Part shown: positions 28,999-39,075 of the stretch, one piece after another
Layout of the letters: each line of letters begins with the position of its first letter
Position numbering within the stretch: the stretch's first letter is position 1
Assembly: GCA_044376115.1 (NCBI GenBank)
Contig: JBILLK010000022.1
Location: 64,001-128,000 of the forward strand
From: Polyangiaceae bacterium
Lineage (GTDB): Bacteria; Myxococcota_A; Polyangia; Polyangiales; Polyangiaceae
Direction of reading: 5' to 3'
Length of the DNA stretch: 64,000 nucleotides
Program-made: the position numbers and the translations under genes
Notes under the pieces: model-generated
Told to the model about the DNA's origin: nothing
Database searches by the model: none
What the model saw: the letters and a program-made list of their open reading frames with translations, nothing else

Positions 28999-29817
28999 TC
29001 AAACGACGGGAGTTAGCGGCGGCACCGGCGTCAGGGGCGCGGTCTCTTCCTCTTCTTCGGAGCCACTTTTGCGGCGGCTCGCGAGCCCCAGGAAGATGAG
29101 CTGATCGCGACGCGTGATCACCGCGCGCGCGACCTCTGACCACTCCTCGAACCACGCGCGCAAGCCGACGAGCGCGTCTTGCCGCTCCTTGCTGCTCGCC
29201 TCCGCTTGGGCGCGCTCGGCCGCGTTGGTCGGCGCGGCGCGCAGCGCGAGATCACAAAGGCCCGAGAGCCGCGTGCGCTCCGCCTCATCGACGCCGCGCG
29301 CCGCGAGCACGGCGAGCGCGGCACGATCACCGATGCGTGAAGCCTCCGGCCGGCCCTCCCCTGTCGCCAAGCGCGCCATGCGGTCGAGGAGCTGCCTCAT
29401 GCCGAGGACGGCCTCCGGTCCCCGCGCCGGCTCGAGCCCGTCGAAGAGGTAGGCCGCTTGCTCGGGGTGCCGCCGTGAGAGCGACGCGCGCCCAATCCGG
29501 TGCACCTTCTCATCGACCGCGTCGATCTCGTTCAAGGCTGCGCGTGCGACCTCGTCATCGCGGTTGCGCTTCGGCCCGACGGCCGTCCCAAAGCCACTCG
29601 CCAGATGGAGCAGCCGAACGCCCTCCTGCTGGTCGGCGTCGCTGAAGCCATGCTTCTCCAGCTGCTCACGGATGGCCCCGTTCGTCGACACCGCACGCAA
29701 GAAGGTGAAAGCCCGCTCGCCCGTCGCCGCCAGCGTCCGCTGGCTCACCTGCGAAGCTGTGGTCTGAACCAACTCAACACCATTCCCTGAACCTGGAAGT
29801 CCCTGCGTCATGACCAT
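28999..29817 (-). CDS. Helical hypothetical protein
   Basis: ATG at 29817; all-alpha sequence ending WFEEWSEVARAVITRRDQLIFLGLA. Confidence 0.75.
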   Translation of the reverse strand: MVMTQGLPGSGNGVELVQTTASQVSQRTLAATGERAFTFLRAVSTNGAIREQLEKHGFSDADQQEGVRLLHLASGFGTAVGPKRNRDDEVARAALNEIDAVDEKVHRIGRASLSRRHPEQAAYLFDGLEPARGPEAVLGMRQLLDRMARLATGEGRPEASRIGDRAALAVLAARGVDEAERTRLSGLCDLALRAAPTNAAERAQAEASSKERQDALVGLRAWFEEWSEVARAVITRRDQLIFLGLASRRKSGSEEEEETAPLTPVPPLTPVV

Positions 29818-29939
29818 TTCCAAACGCACCGCGTCGAGAGCCGCCCGATTGCGCCAGGTCGACTTGTGCCTCCAGTTATCGCGATGAGCGCGCGACCATG
29901 GACACCCCAACGACAGAAAAAGTGACCTCGTCGTCGGTC

Positions 29940-30225
29940 GGCGGAGCTTCGCGGGCGGGCGGCACGGCTTCGCAAACGTGTTTGCAGGCTTCGCTATTGA
30001 CCGCCAAGGCTTCACGCGCGGCAGATGAGGCTTCGCTCGCGGAATTTGCCGCCTGTTTGCGCGGCCACGAAGCCTCCGCAGTTGACCAACATAGGTAGCC
30101 CGCGCGAGCGCGAAGCGTGAGCCGTGGAGATTCAAGGGTTTGCAGACGTTTGCGAAGCGGTCGCGACGGTTTGCGAAGCGGTTGCAACTGGGAGCGAAGC
30201 CTGCGCCGAAGTTTGCGGAGCCTGC
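29940..30225. repeat. Two oppositely oriented degenerate arrays with 21-nt period
   Basis: GCTTC at 29946, 29967, 29988, 30009, 30030; its complement GAAGC at 30112, 30154, 30175, 30196 (GGAGC at 30217). Confidence 0.7.
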
Positions 30226-30583
30226 TGCGCCCAAAGATCGTCGGGGCAATGGGAAAGCCGCTCGGCCTTCTGCAGCGTCCCGACTGGAGCGGGCGTGTGC
30301 TGGCCTCCAACGCGATCGCCATTTCGGTCTTCCTTGGCGCGCTCGCCGCCTCGTCTCCCTCCTAGCGAGCGCCACCGATGAGATGTTGACACTGGCGAGC
30401 GTCGCGACCCAACCCGGGCGCTCGTCGCAGTGACCGTGGGCATTGGCCTAGGCGTCCACGTCCTCTGCTGAGCGGGCTCGAACAGGCAGGCCCCAAATCG
30501 CAGCCGAGCCAGAACATAGAACGTGATATCTCACGCGCCACGGGATGAACTGATCCCGCAACCCGACGGCTGACGGTGTGACC

Positions 30584-31780
30584 ATGAACAAGAACCCCCG
30601 CAAGCGACGCTCCCTCGCCAAGCCGGGCAAGTCGGACAAGCCGCTCAAGCTCTCCATCCGCAACTTCGCCCACATTCGACAAGTGGACCTCGTGCTCGGC
30701 GATCTCACGGTGCTGGTCGGGCCCCAAGGGGCCGGCAAGAGTCTCGCGCTGCAATGGCTCAAGGCGAGCATGGATGGCCGCCAGATGGTCGAGGCGCTCC
30801 GCTCAGCTGGGCATGCCGTCGACAAGCCCGGTGCGTTGGTCGACCTGATCTTCGGGAACGGCATGGCGCCTGCGTGGGGCAAAGACTCCAAGGTGACGCT
30901 CGACAACAAAGAGATCACGCCCGCAAAGCTGAGCCGAACCGGCAACGGGAAGGAGCGCGTGTTCTTCATCCCGGCCCACCGCGCCATGCTCATCAGCGAC
31001 GGGTGGGCAGCCCCGTTTCAGAAGCTCGGTCCTGATACGCCCGCCGTAGCGCGGCTGTTCAGCCAGAACTTGTTCGATCGCTTCAGCGGCAAGGACGCGG
31101 AAACGCTGTTCCCCGTCGACAAACGACTGAAACGGGAGATCCGTGACCAGATCGACAGCGCCGTGTTCCACGGAGGCAAGGTGGGTGTGGAAGAGGACGC
31201 ACAGCACGCGCGCAGGCTACGGCTCATGCACGGAAACACCCACCTGCCGTTCATGACCTGGACCGCTGGGCAACGCGAGTTCACGCCGCTGCTTCTGGCC
31301 CTCTACCATCTGCTGCCGTCGACACAGAAGCGAAAGCGAAACGGCACCGATTGGGTGGTTTTGGAGGAGCCAGAAATGGGACTCCACCCTAAAGCCGTCA
31401 CCGCCGTCCTCCTGCTCGTGCTGGACTTGCTATGGCGTGGGTACCGAGTCGTGCTCTCGACGCACTCGCCCCATGTGCTCACCATGCTGTGGATGATGCA
31501 GAGGCTGAAGGAGCACCACGCCGGGTGGCAGCGCGTGTGTGAGGCGTTCGACATCAAGAACTCGACGCCGATGCGAGGCGTCGCAGAGGCCGCACTGCTC
31601 AAGGACTACCGCTCCTACGCGCTCGAGTTCGATCACCAGGGCAAGGTGACATCACGCGACATCTCCAAGCTAGACCCGGAATCGGAGGACCCGACCGAGG
31701 CTGGTTGGGGAGGCCTGACGGACTACTCTTCGCGCTTCGGTGATGCTGTCCGCACCGCTAGAATTGAGAACGACGAGTGA
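30584..31780 (+). CDS. ABC/AAA_15-type ATPase
   Basis: GPQGAGKS, WTAGQRE signature-like motif, VLEEPEMGLHP, LSTHSP. Confidence 0.9.
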   Translation: MNKNPRKRRSLAKPGKSDKPLKLSIRNFAHIRQVDLVLGDLTVLVGPQGAGKSLALQWLKASMDGRQMVEALRSAGHAVDKPGALVDLIFGNGMAPAWGKDSKVTLDNKEITPAKLSRTGNGKERVFFIPAHRAMLISDGWAAPFQKLGPDTPAVARLFSQNLFDRFSGKDAETLFPVDKRLKREIRDQIDSAVFHGGKVGVEEDAQHARRLRLMHGNTHLPFMTWTAGQREFTPLLLALYHLLPSTQKRKRNGTDWVVLEEPEMGLHPKAVTAVLLLVLDLLWRGYRVVLSTHSPHVLTMLWMMQRLKEHHAGWQRVCEAFDIKNSTPMRGVAEAALLKDYRSYALEFDHQGKVTSRDISKLDPESEDPTEAGWGGLTDYSSRFGDAVRTARIENDE

Positions 31781-32331
31781 GCAAAATCGCCACGCCGGTT
31801 CGCGCTGCGCTCAAACCAGAGTCCAAACTCCTCACGCAGGTGAAGGACGGGCTAGGAGCGCTCGACGGGTCACATAAGGCGTACTTCGATGGATCCATTC
31901 GCGCCTCCTTCGCCGATAGCCTGAACCTCGACGAAGCCGTTCGCCACGGCCATGACACGGAGAATCGCTGGGACTACCTGTTAGGTCATGCGCCCACTCG
32001 CCTGGTGCTCGCCGTCGAGCCGCACACAGCCAATACGCATGAGATCAAGAACCTGATCAAGAAGCGTGCGGCGGCGCTGAACCAGCTGCGCGAACATCTT
32101 CGGGACGGAGCGAGGGTCACGAAATGGCTTTGGGTGGCATCGGGTAAGGTCGACTTCGCCGCAACTGAGAAGGCGCGACTCAGGCTCGATCAGGCCGGTA
32201 TCGAGTTCGTGGGTACCAGGGTGATGGCCAAGCATCTACCGACTACGACCACGACCGCCAGCGGCTCGGGCACGGCGAACGCGGGCACAGGACCATCCAA
32301 GAAGAAGACGGCCAAAGCACGCAAGAAGTAG
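31777..32331 (+). CDS. Small partner protein, possible PD-(D/E)XK-like nuclease
   Basis: GTGA coupling to the ATPase; NRWDYLLG...AVEPH acidic motif. Confidence 0.7.
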   Translation: MSKIATPVRAALKPESKLLTQVKDGLGALDGSHKAYFDGSIRASFADSLNLDEAVRHGHDTENRWDYLLGHAPTRLVLAVEPHTANTHEIKNLIKKRAAALNQLREHLRDGARVTKWLWVASGKVDFAATEKARLRLDQAGIEFVGTRVMAKHLPTTTTTASGSGTANAGTGPSKKKTAKARKK

Positions 32332-32405
32332 CGCGCGATGCCCCGCCAGTTCGCCCTTAGACCCTCGAGAAACGTCTTGATGTCGGGTCCGTCAAGAGCA
32401 TCGCG

Positions 32406-33632
32406 CTACTCCCCATTCGCCATCGCGATAAACACGGGCTCAACGAGGATCCTCGTCCCCAGCTCTCTTGCGCGCTCGAGTTGCTTGGAGTCCGAGAGTG
32501 GATCGGCGGTCACGACGACCTCGACCTGCTTGGACATGCGCGGCCGGACCTCGAAGCCCGCCTTGGTTGCGAGCCCTTCAAGATAGGCGCGCTCCGCCTT
32601 AACCTCGGCGAAGTGCACGCGCGTGCCGGGTGCCAGCGGACGGAGACGCGCGATCGCGACGGTGGACGCTGACTGCGTCGCAGCCAAGAGCGCGGGCCCC
32701 ACCGCTGTTGGCGGAAACCCGAGCAGCGCCGCCACCGTCTCGAGATCGGCGCGCTCCTCCGCTGTCACGACTCCATCGGCGACGGCCGCGCAAGCGAGGT
32801 CGCGCAGATAGCCGAAGTGGATGCGCGGAAGTTGCTCTGCGCCGATTCCAAGCTCCGCGGCCACCTCGGCGAGCGTCTCACTCTCGGCTCGGGTGAGCGT
32901 GCGGTCTTGCAGCGCCTGGTCCAACGCAAGCAGGTAGCCCTCCGCGTCGAGCCCGTTCGCGCCCGTCGCTGGCAGGCGATTGACGCGCTCCGCAGAAGCC
33001 GAGCGCAGCTGCGCCCGACGCTCCGACGCAACGGATCGAGGGACGAGCGGCGCGTGGCCCACGAGCTGCGGCCAGGGCACGCGTGTCGCCGCCTGGAGAT
33101 GATCCTGAAAGGGCATGATGCCGTTGGCGCTGATGGTATTACCGAGCGCACTAAGCAGTAGCGACGTAGCGCGCGCGTGGGCGAGCGCGTCGTAGTGCGT
33201 AGTGAAGGGCACTAAGGCGCGACCGCAGCAGTCGCGGAGCGTCCGACCGAAGAGAGGTTGGAGCCACGTGACGGATTGCTCGAGCGTGCAGACGCCGACC
33301 ATCTCGAAGGGCGATACGCCCAGGCGCGAGAGCTCATGGGTGAGGAACTTGAAGTCGAACTTGAGGCTGTGGCCCACGAGCACCGCGCCACGCAAGTAAT
33401 CAACGACCGTGCCGGCGATGTCGCGGAACCGCGGTGCGAGCAGGACATCCGCGCTCGTGATGCCGTGGAGCTCGCTTGCGCCCATCGGCCGCTCCGGGTT
33501 GATCAGCGTCGAGAACTCCGCGACGGCCCGACCCCAGATGTCCGTGCGGATGATCGCGAGCTCGACGATGCGGTCAGAGCGCGGGCCCAGGCCGGTGGTC
33601 TGCAGGTCGATGATGGCGAAGCCGGGCTGCAT
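32406..33632 (-). CDS. DEDDh exonuclease-like + TerB-like + BRCT multidomain protein (catalytic residues degenerate)
   Basis: IIDLQTTGL, HGIT, VGHSLKFD; AVADGVVTAEE; C-terminal SKQVEVVVTADPLSDSKQLERARELGTRIL. Confidence 0.85.
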   Translation of the reverse strand: MQPGFAIIDLQTTGLGPRSDRIVELAIIRTDIWGRAVAEFSTLINPERPMGASELHGITSADVLLAPRFRDIAGTVVDYLRGAVLVGHSLKFDFKFLTHELSRLGVSPFEMVGVCTLEQSVTWLQPLFGRTLRDCCGRALVPFTTHYDALAHARATSLLLSALGNTISANGIMPFQDHLQAATRVPWPQLVGHAPLVPRSVASERRAQLRSASAERVNRLPATGANGLDAEGYLLALDQALQDRTLTRAESETLAEVAAELGIGAEQLPRIHFGYLRDLACAAVADGVVTAEERADLETVAALLGFPPTAVGPALLAATQSASTVAIARLRPLAPGTRVHFAEVKAERAYLEGLATKAGFEVRPRMSKQVEVVVTADPLSDSKQLERARELGTRILVEPVFIAMANGE

Positions 33633-33692
33633 AGCTAAGCCGACAATATCAGCGGCCAGTTCCTCGCCCCAATTGCGTAGCGCGGAGCACGC

Positions 33693-34403
33693 TCACTTCA
33701 GTGCTGGCGCGACCAGCGCTCCTGCCGGCTGAGTCCACTTCCGGAGGTGGGCCGCGAACAGCAGACTTACCGGGTCGCTGCTGCGGCCGACATGCTCGGC
33801 GAACGTCTCGAAGTCGATACACGTGTCGCCGGGAGTGGCGACGGGCTGCACGTAGACGATCTCGACCTTGGCCGACGTCGGCATCACCGCCAGCGCCCTG
33901 AGTTTCGCAGCCAACCCGCTCCTGGGGGTCGGGTACAGGAACGTCTCAATGTCGCTCGGCATCGTGAGGAAGCCTAGCTTCGCGAGGGCCGCGAGGAGGT
34001 GGTGGTACTTCTGATGGGCCTGCGTGCTTCGGGCGATCGAGCAGAGTCCTTCGAGAACGGGGCCGAAGCCCAGAGCCTGGATCCGCTCGAGGTAGTGGTC
34101 CTGCTGATCACGCCGCGACCCCGAATCTGTTTTCAGCTCGACGAAGTAGACGGTGCTCCGGTCCGTGGAGAACAGGGCATAGTCCACCTTCACGCTCTTG
34201 TCGGTGGGATGGTCAGGCCAGATCAGATCCCGCTTGATCGGGAACTCCGGGATCACCGCGTCTTCAAGCTCCACATCGAGGACCTCCTGGACGACGTCCC
34301 TGAGATAGAGGGAGAAGCAGATGTCTGCTCGGCGTTCGAGCTGATAGTTGGGGTAGTGGCGCCACCTGTCGAGGTTGGCGAAGAGCTGGTCTAACTTGTT
34401 CAC
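33693..34403 (-). CDS. PD-(D/E)XK-type nuclease
   Basis: IPEFP, KVDYAL, FVELKTD; GTG start at 34403. Confidence 0.75.
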   Translation of the reverse strand: MNKLDQLFANLDRWRHYPNYQLERRADICFSLYLRDVVQEVLDVELEDAVIPEFPIKRDLIWPDHPTDKSVKVDYALFSTDRSTVYFVELKTDSGSRRDQQDHYLERIQALGFGPVLEGLCSIARSTQAHQKYHHLLAALAKLGFLTMPSDIETFLYPTPRSGLAAKLRALAVMPTSAKVEIVYVQPVATPGDTCIDFETFAEHVGRSSDPVSLLFAAHLRKWTQPAGALVAPALK

Positions 34404-34492
34404 CGGCACGATCGAAGCGCGACAGCAGCTTCTCGTCCACGCCAGCAGACCGCTCGCCGAGCGCAGCGACCCAGCAAGCCCGCCCTCTCGCC

Positions 34493-37288
34493 TCACATGC
34501 GCACGTTCCGCACGATCTCCCCGCTCTCGGGGTCGATGGCGAAGATGCGTCCGCGGGCGTCGGTGAGGACCAGCGTCTCTCCGACGAGGCGCAGGCGGGC
34601 TTGCTCGGTGTCCTCGAGCACGAGCTCGCCCACACTCGTAAGGTCCTTGCGACGGAGCACCTTGACCGTGAACGCGCCTGCGGCGGGGACCCCGAGACCG
34701 AGCGCGAGGAAGCGCTGGCCGAGGACGTGGCCTGGCGCGTCGAGCCGCAACCCCGCGAGGTCGAGCTTGGTTTGGCGCCAAAGCTCGTTCTTGCCGCGTG
34801 AAGCGATGTGGACGCTCGCCTCTGAGTGGACGCTCGCGTCCAACTCTTTCTCGATCAGCCCGATGTACACGCCGTCGGTCGAGATCAGCCAACGCTGGTG
34901 GAGAGCTTCCTCGAGGCTGAGCTGCCAGCGACCACGAAGCGTCAACCCTGGCAGCTCGTAGCTGCAAGCCCAATACGTTCCGTCAACGACGCTCACTACA
35001 TCGACGTGGTCGGCTGTTCGGACGACGTCGATCGACGTAGCACCGAGCCCGGTGACCCGATCGAGCAGGGACAGCTGAGTGTCGCACACGTCGATCACGA
35101 CGAGATCCGATTGCCCGTTCGCTGTCGAGACCGTGGCGAGCCAGGTCGAGCCATCGAAGGTCCGCGCGAACCGCTCGAGCTCGACCTCACAGAACGCCTC
35201 GGAGCGGCGCGACACGAGGTCGATGCGACCGACCTTGGACACGCCACCCCGAGGCGTGACCGTGAGCAGCCGATCGAAGCGATCCGAGACCACCAGCGAC
35301 TCAGCAGGCTGGTCGAAAAAGGCCAGCGTCTTGCCGCGAGCGTCGATCAGCGCGACGCCGGCTTCTCCAAGCGCGACCACGCTCCGCCCGCGGTCGAGCG
35401 GCACCGCATCGAAGACGCGCAGCTGACCTCGATCATCCGCGCGGATGACATGCCGATAGTGTCGTCCGAAGGGGAGCGCAGGCCAGCGTGGCCGATCGGC
35501 GCTCAACCCAGCGTCTCGCGAAAGATCGACCAACGCGCTCGCGATGCCCTCGAGGCGCTTGTCGAAGGAGCTCGGCGCGTCGGCGTAAAGCGCGCGCGCC
35601 ATCAGTCGCGCGAGGGGATCTCCGGACGTTGATGGAGCGGCTCTCCGGTGCTCGACCAACGCGCTCGCGAAGGCGAGCCGTCGTCCGCGACCGTCGGGCC
35701 CGTCTTCAAACGCCAAGTTGTGGACCTCGCCGCGCATGACCGCGATCGGAGCAAGCTCGTAGGCGAGCTGCCGGGCGAGCATGCGAGCGCCGCCGATCCC
35801 GCCTTGGGCTCGTGCGCGCTCGACCCAGGAGCTGACCAGCACACGCGCGTCCCTCACCTGCCAGGCGATCTCGACCGCGCCGGCGAAGTCGCCAGCGTCG
35901 GCCAAGTGATCGGCATAGACCAGCCTGAGGGCGTCGGCTTCGAGGGTGTGCCCCGAGCGCTCGAGCCTCGCGATCGCGTCGAGAATGCCACCTCGTCGTC
36001 GCGCGACCCGGAGGGCTCGCGCGCGGTCGTCAGCGCGAAACCACTGGCGGACGATGAGTCCGGGCGCCAGCGCGCGACTCTCGGCGAGCTCCGCCGCTTC
36101 GCGCAGCAGGCCATGGCGCTCGAGGAACGCCACTGCCGCCTCGGCGTCCTGCAGGAGGTCGGCGAGCACGAACGCAGCTTCAGCGATGCGGCCCTCGCGT
36201 TCGAGCCGCTCGAACGCAAGCTTGTAGCGTCGTCGCAGCTCGGCATAGAGGTCGCCACCGAACGAGAACGATGCCCCGCCGGGAGTCAGCCCGCGCGCAG
36301 AGATGGTGAGATCGGCTCGGGGCTGCGGCAAACCAAGCGCAACGCGTCCCTCCCCGGCCCCGCCCTCCTTCGCGAGCGGGATGGCGCGGCGAAGGGCTTC
36401 GTCGAGGTCGCCCGCGTCGAAAGCATCGAGCAGGTTCGCCACGTACTCCGCCTGCTTTTGGAACAGCCACGAGGAAAGACGAGAGAGGGCAACTTGCCGA
36501 CGAACCCAGCGGTCGATGCGATCGGCTATGCGCTGAAAGAGCGACGGCTGGGCGGGTGGCCGCGCGAGCGCGTCCGCCTTTTCAGCGTCGCCCTGGGCGC
36601 CCGCGTGCGGCGTCGCTTTGGGCCGAAAGAGCGACTGCAAGAAGCTGAGCATCGTCGCGAGCGATCTCACGAGGGTGGACGCGAGACGAGAGCGGCCTGC
36701 GCCAGCTGCAGCTCCTTGCGAACCTTCCTCCGACGCATCGCGCGGAGCCGAGAGCCGCTGCATCGCCTCCACAACGGCGCTGGCCTCCGCGGTCGGTCGC
36801 ACGGGCAACTTCGCGCCGAGGATGGCGCCGAGCGGTCGCGCTGGCGGCTCCGCAAGCGCGGGCGGTTGCGGCTCTAAGCCGAGCGGCTCGGTGTAGACGA
36901 GCGGGAGCTCGTCCAGCTCGATCCAGCCCGCGGGGTCGACCTCGCGGAACGGCGGCGCGTGCACCTCGAGCGCGCCATGCCAGGCCAGCACGATCGCGCC
37001 GGGCGGTGGGTCGAGTCGCTCGAGCGTCTTGGGGTCGAGCGCGAGTCCGAGCAGGCACGCGTCGGGCGCGCGCTTGCTCATCGTGAGCGCCAAGCCGATC
37101 GTGCAATCCGCTCGAACGAAGCGAGCTTTCGTAAAGCGCACGAGCAGACCGCGGGGGGTCTCGCTGAGCGACCGCAGGTCAGCGAAGTTGTCGAGGACGA
37201 AGGCGCGTATCACGCTTGCGCCGAGGCGTTCTTCGGAAAGGAGCAGCCCAACACACTCAACGACTCCCTCGTGGAGGAGCGAACTCAC
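34493..37288 (-). CDS. bpX6-like protein with TPR-like and beta-propeller regions (MoxR-vWA-beta-propeller ternary system)
   Basis: GDLDEALRRAIPL, EAAFVLADLL, FLERHG; beta-rich C-terminus; GTGA coupling to the upstream gene. Confidence 0.8.
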   Translation of the reverse strand: MSSLLHEGVVECVGLLLSEERLGASVIRAFVLDNFADLRSLSETPRGLLVRFTKARFVRADCTIGLALTMSKRAPDACLLGLALDPKTLERLDPPPGAIVLAWHGALEVHAPPFREVDPAGWIELDELPLVYTEPLGLEPQPPALAEPPARPLGAILGAKLPVRPTAEASAVVEAMQRLSAPRDASEEGSQGAAAGAGRSRLASTLVRSLATMLSFLQSLFRPKATPHAGAQGDAEKADALARPPAQPSLFQRIADRIDRWVRRQVALSRLSSWLFQKQAEYVANLLDAFDAGDLDEALRRAIPLAKEGGAGEGRVALGLPQPRADLTISARGLTPGGASFSFGGDLYAELRRRYKLAFERLEREGRIAEAAFVLADLLQDAEAAVAFLERHGLLREAAELAESRALAPGLIVRQWFRADDRARALRVARRRGGILDAIARLERSGHTLEADALRLVYADHLADAGDFAGAVEIAWQVRDARVLVSSWVERARAQGGIGGARMLARQLAYELAPIAVMRGEVHNLAFEDGPDGRGRRLAFASALVEHRRAAPSTSGDPLARLMARALYADAPSSFDKRLEGIASALVDLSRDAGLSADRPRWPALPFGRHYRHVIRADDRGQLRVFDAVPLDRGRSVVALGEAGVALIDARGKTLAFFDQPAESLVVSDRFDRLLTVTPRGGVSKVGRIDLVSRRSEAFCEVELERFARTFDGSTWLATVSTANGQSDLVVIDVCDTQLSLLDRVTGLGATSIDVVRTADHVDVVSVVDGTYWACSYELPGLTLRGRWQLSLEEALHQRWLISTDGVYIGLIEKELDASVHSEASVHIASRGKNELWRQTKLDLAGLRLDAPGHVLGQRFLALGLGVPAAGAFTVKVLRRKDLTSVGELVLEDTEQARLRLVGETLVLTDARGRIFAIDPESGEIVRNVRM

Positions 37289-39075
37289 GACGCCCCCCTT
37301 GCTTCGAACACCGCGACGAGCTGACCGCGCCCGAGCGAAAAACAATGCAGAGCCTTCGAAGCCGACTCGAGGGTCACGATGCCCTGGCTGTCGGAGAGGG
37401 AGACGTCGCCGATGGGCGAAGGTGGGGTGTAGACCGTACGAATTCCGCGCGGCCCGAGCAGACACAGCGTGCGTCGATCGCCGCTGACGAGGATGAGCTC
37501 GGGCTGGGCATTGTGCACGTGACGCAGTCCGACGAGGTCAGCGTGCTCCGGGAGCTCGGTGGTGTACGGAAGTCCCGATCCGTGGACGTTCCAGTGGCCC
37601 GAAGGCGTCTGGATCGCCGAGAGACAGGCTGGGCCAGCGGGGGTTGCGTCGGAGCCCAGACGCGCGGCAGACAACTCGCCGGTGAGCAACTCCGGCTCGC
37701 GCCATGCGGTGTCTGAGAGCATCATCAGCGCAGGCTGCTCGGGGGCGTTGGGAATCCAGGTTTTCGAGAATGACCTCGCGATCACGGCGAGGCCGTTCGA
37801 TAAAGCCGTTACGGCCAGGACATCCCGCGCGAGCAGGTGCGAGACCCCCTTCCCTGGCAAGAGTTCGAACAGTCGGTCCCGCGAATCCAGGTAGAAGGCC
37901 GTCAGATCCGCGCGAGGCTGCACGAGGTACAGCTTCTTGAGCGGGCTCGCGGCGTCGGGCTTCCAAGGCGCATGGACGCGTTCCTCCTCGGTGAAGTGGC
38001 CGACTCGCTGTCGCTCACCGCCGACACGCTGGAGAAAGAGGCACCGCGTCGGCAAGTCCGCGAGCAAGACCATCGCAGCGCCGCGATGGAGCCCTGCGGC
38101 CAGGATCAACCCGTCGATTCCGTGACGCTTCGCGCGACCGGGTTGAGCGGCGGGTGAGTTCGGGATCGGGAAGGTAGCGAGGCCTCTGTTCCAGCGTGCG
38201 AACGCTTTGCGCCCACAGCTGGACACCACGACCTGATCCATTGCGATGCCGTTGCTGAGATCCACGCGGCGCGCTCGGCGCTCCCCTGCGAACGGATCTC
38301 GAAGCATGCGCGTGACGAGCGTCGCGACAGGCAACGTGAGCGTGACATGCCGCGTGGTTGGCTCGGCTCCGAGGCCGACCTCGAGCGTGTTCTCTCCTTC
38401 ATCGACGATCACGCGCTGGGTTCGTTCCCCGATGCGGGGTCCGTCGGAGGCGATCCGATCGAGCTTTCGACCTCCTACCAGCCAGACCTCGGCTCGCGCG
38501 CTGCCGGCTGCGTCGAGCCTCGCCCGCCACGTCTCCAGCATCTCGCGCGTCGGCTCGGTGAGCGTCCGCGCCGCGAGCAACGAGGGGATCGAGCCTGAGT
38601 CCACGCTCTCGAACAGCGGCCCTGCGCCGGCCTGGAGGATCCCCCAGGCGAAGCGCGCCCGAGCCTTCGAAGCGCGCCGAAGCAGCGTAAGCAACAGCGC
38701 CAGGTGGGCGAGCCGAGGTGCACCAAGTTGCCACGGGCCTGCGTCGAGCAGGACGATCGACTCGCGCGCGGCGTGGGGCGTGCTCTGAGCGAGGCGCAGG
38801 AAGGAGTGCTCCGCGTTCGAGGCGCGTCGAAGGAACTCCTCGGGCAGTGCGTCGGCGAGGAGCCACTCGGAGAGCAGCAGCCGCTCGTATGAGCCGCGAT
38901 GCGTGATGCCGTCGAAGCCGTCGGGTGTTCCCCGTGCGAAGCTCGTCGAGCTGCTCATGGGCCCGATCATGGCCTCGAGGCGCACCACCCATTCTTGCAA
39001 CGCGAGCGCGATCTCCTCAGGAAACACCGCGAGTTCGGAGGCCCACCCGGCGATCGGAGTCGCGGCCGCAGTCAC
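37285..39075 (-). CDS. vWA-like component of the bpX ternary system
   Basis: PDGFDGITHRGSYERLLLSEWLLA..PEEFLRRA...E, LLDAGPWQLGAPRLAHLA. Confidence 0.8.
   Translation of the reverse strand: MTAAATPIAGWASELAVFPEEIALALQEWVVRLEAMIGPMSSSTSFARGTPDGFDGITHRGSYERLLLSEWLLADALPEEFLRRASNAEHSFLRLAQSTPHAARESIVLLDAGPWQLGAPRLAHLALLLTLLRRASKARARFAWGILQAGAGPLFESVDSGSIPSLLAARTLTEPTREMLETWRARLDAAGSARAEVWLVGGRKLDRIASDGPRIGERTQRVIVDEGENTLEVGLGAEPTTRHVTLTLPVATLVTRMLRDPFAGERRARRVDLSNGIAMDQVVVSSCGRKAFARWNRGLATFPIPNSPAAQPGRAKRHGIDGLILAAGLHRGAAMVLLADLPTRCLFLQRVGGERQRVGHFTEEERVHAPWKPDAASPLKKLYLVQPRADLTAFYLDSRDRLFELLPGKGVSHLLARDVLAVTALSNGLAVIARSFSKTWIPNAPEQPALMMLSDTAWREPELLTGELSAARLGSDATPAGPACLSAIQTPSGHWNVHGSGLPYTTELPEHADLVGLRHVHNAQPELILVSGDRRTLCLLGPRGIRTVYTPPSPIGDVSLSDSQGIVTLESASKALHCFSLGRGQLVAVFEARGAS

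Noticed and set aside
26464..30500. Retron (type I, PtuAB-associated)
   Set aside because: No reverse transcriptase motif (YADD-like) or recognisable msr/msd in the window
35648..36877. Long antisense or alternate-frame ORFs (also 7720-8835, 3785-4939, 62517-63593 and many others)
   Set aside because: Shadow ORFs of high-GC coding DNA; Arg/Pro-rich and overlapping genes that have clear motifs
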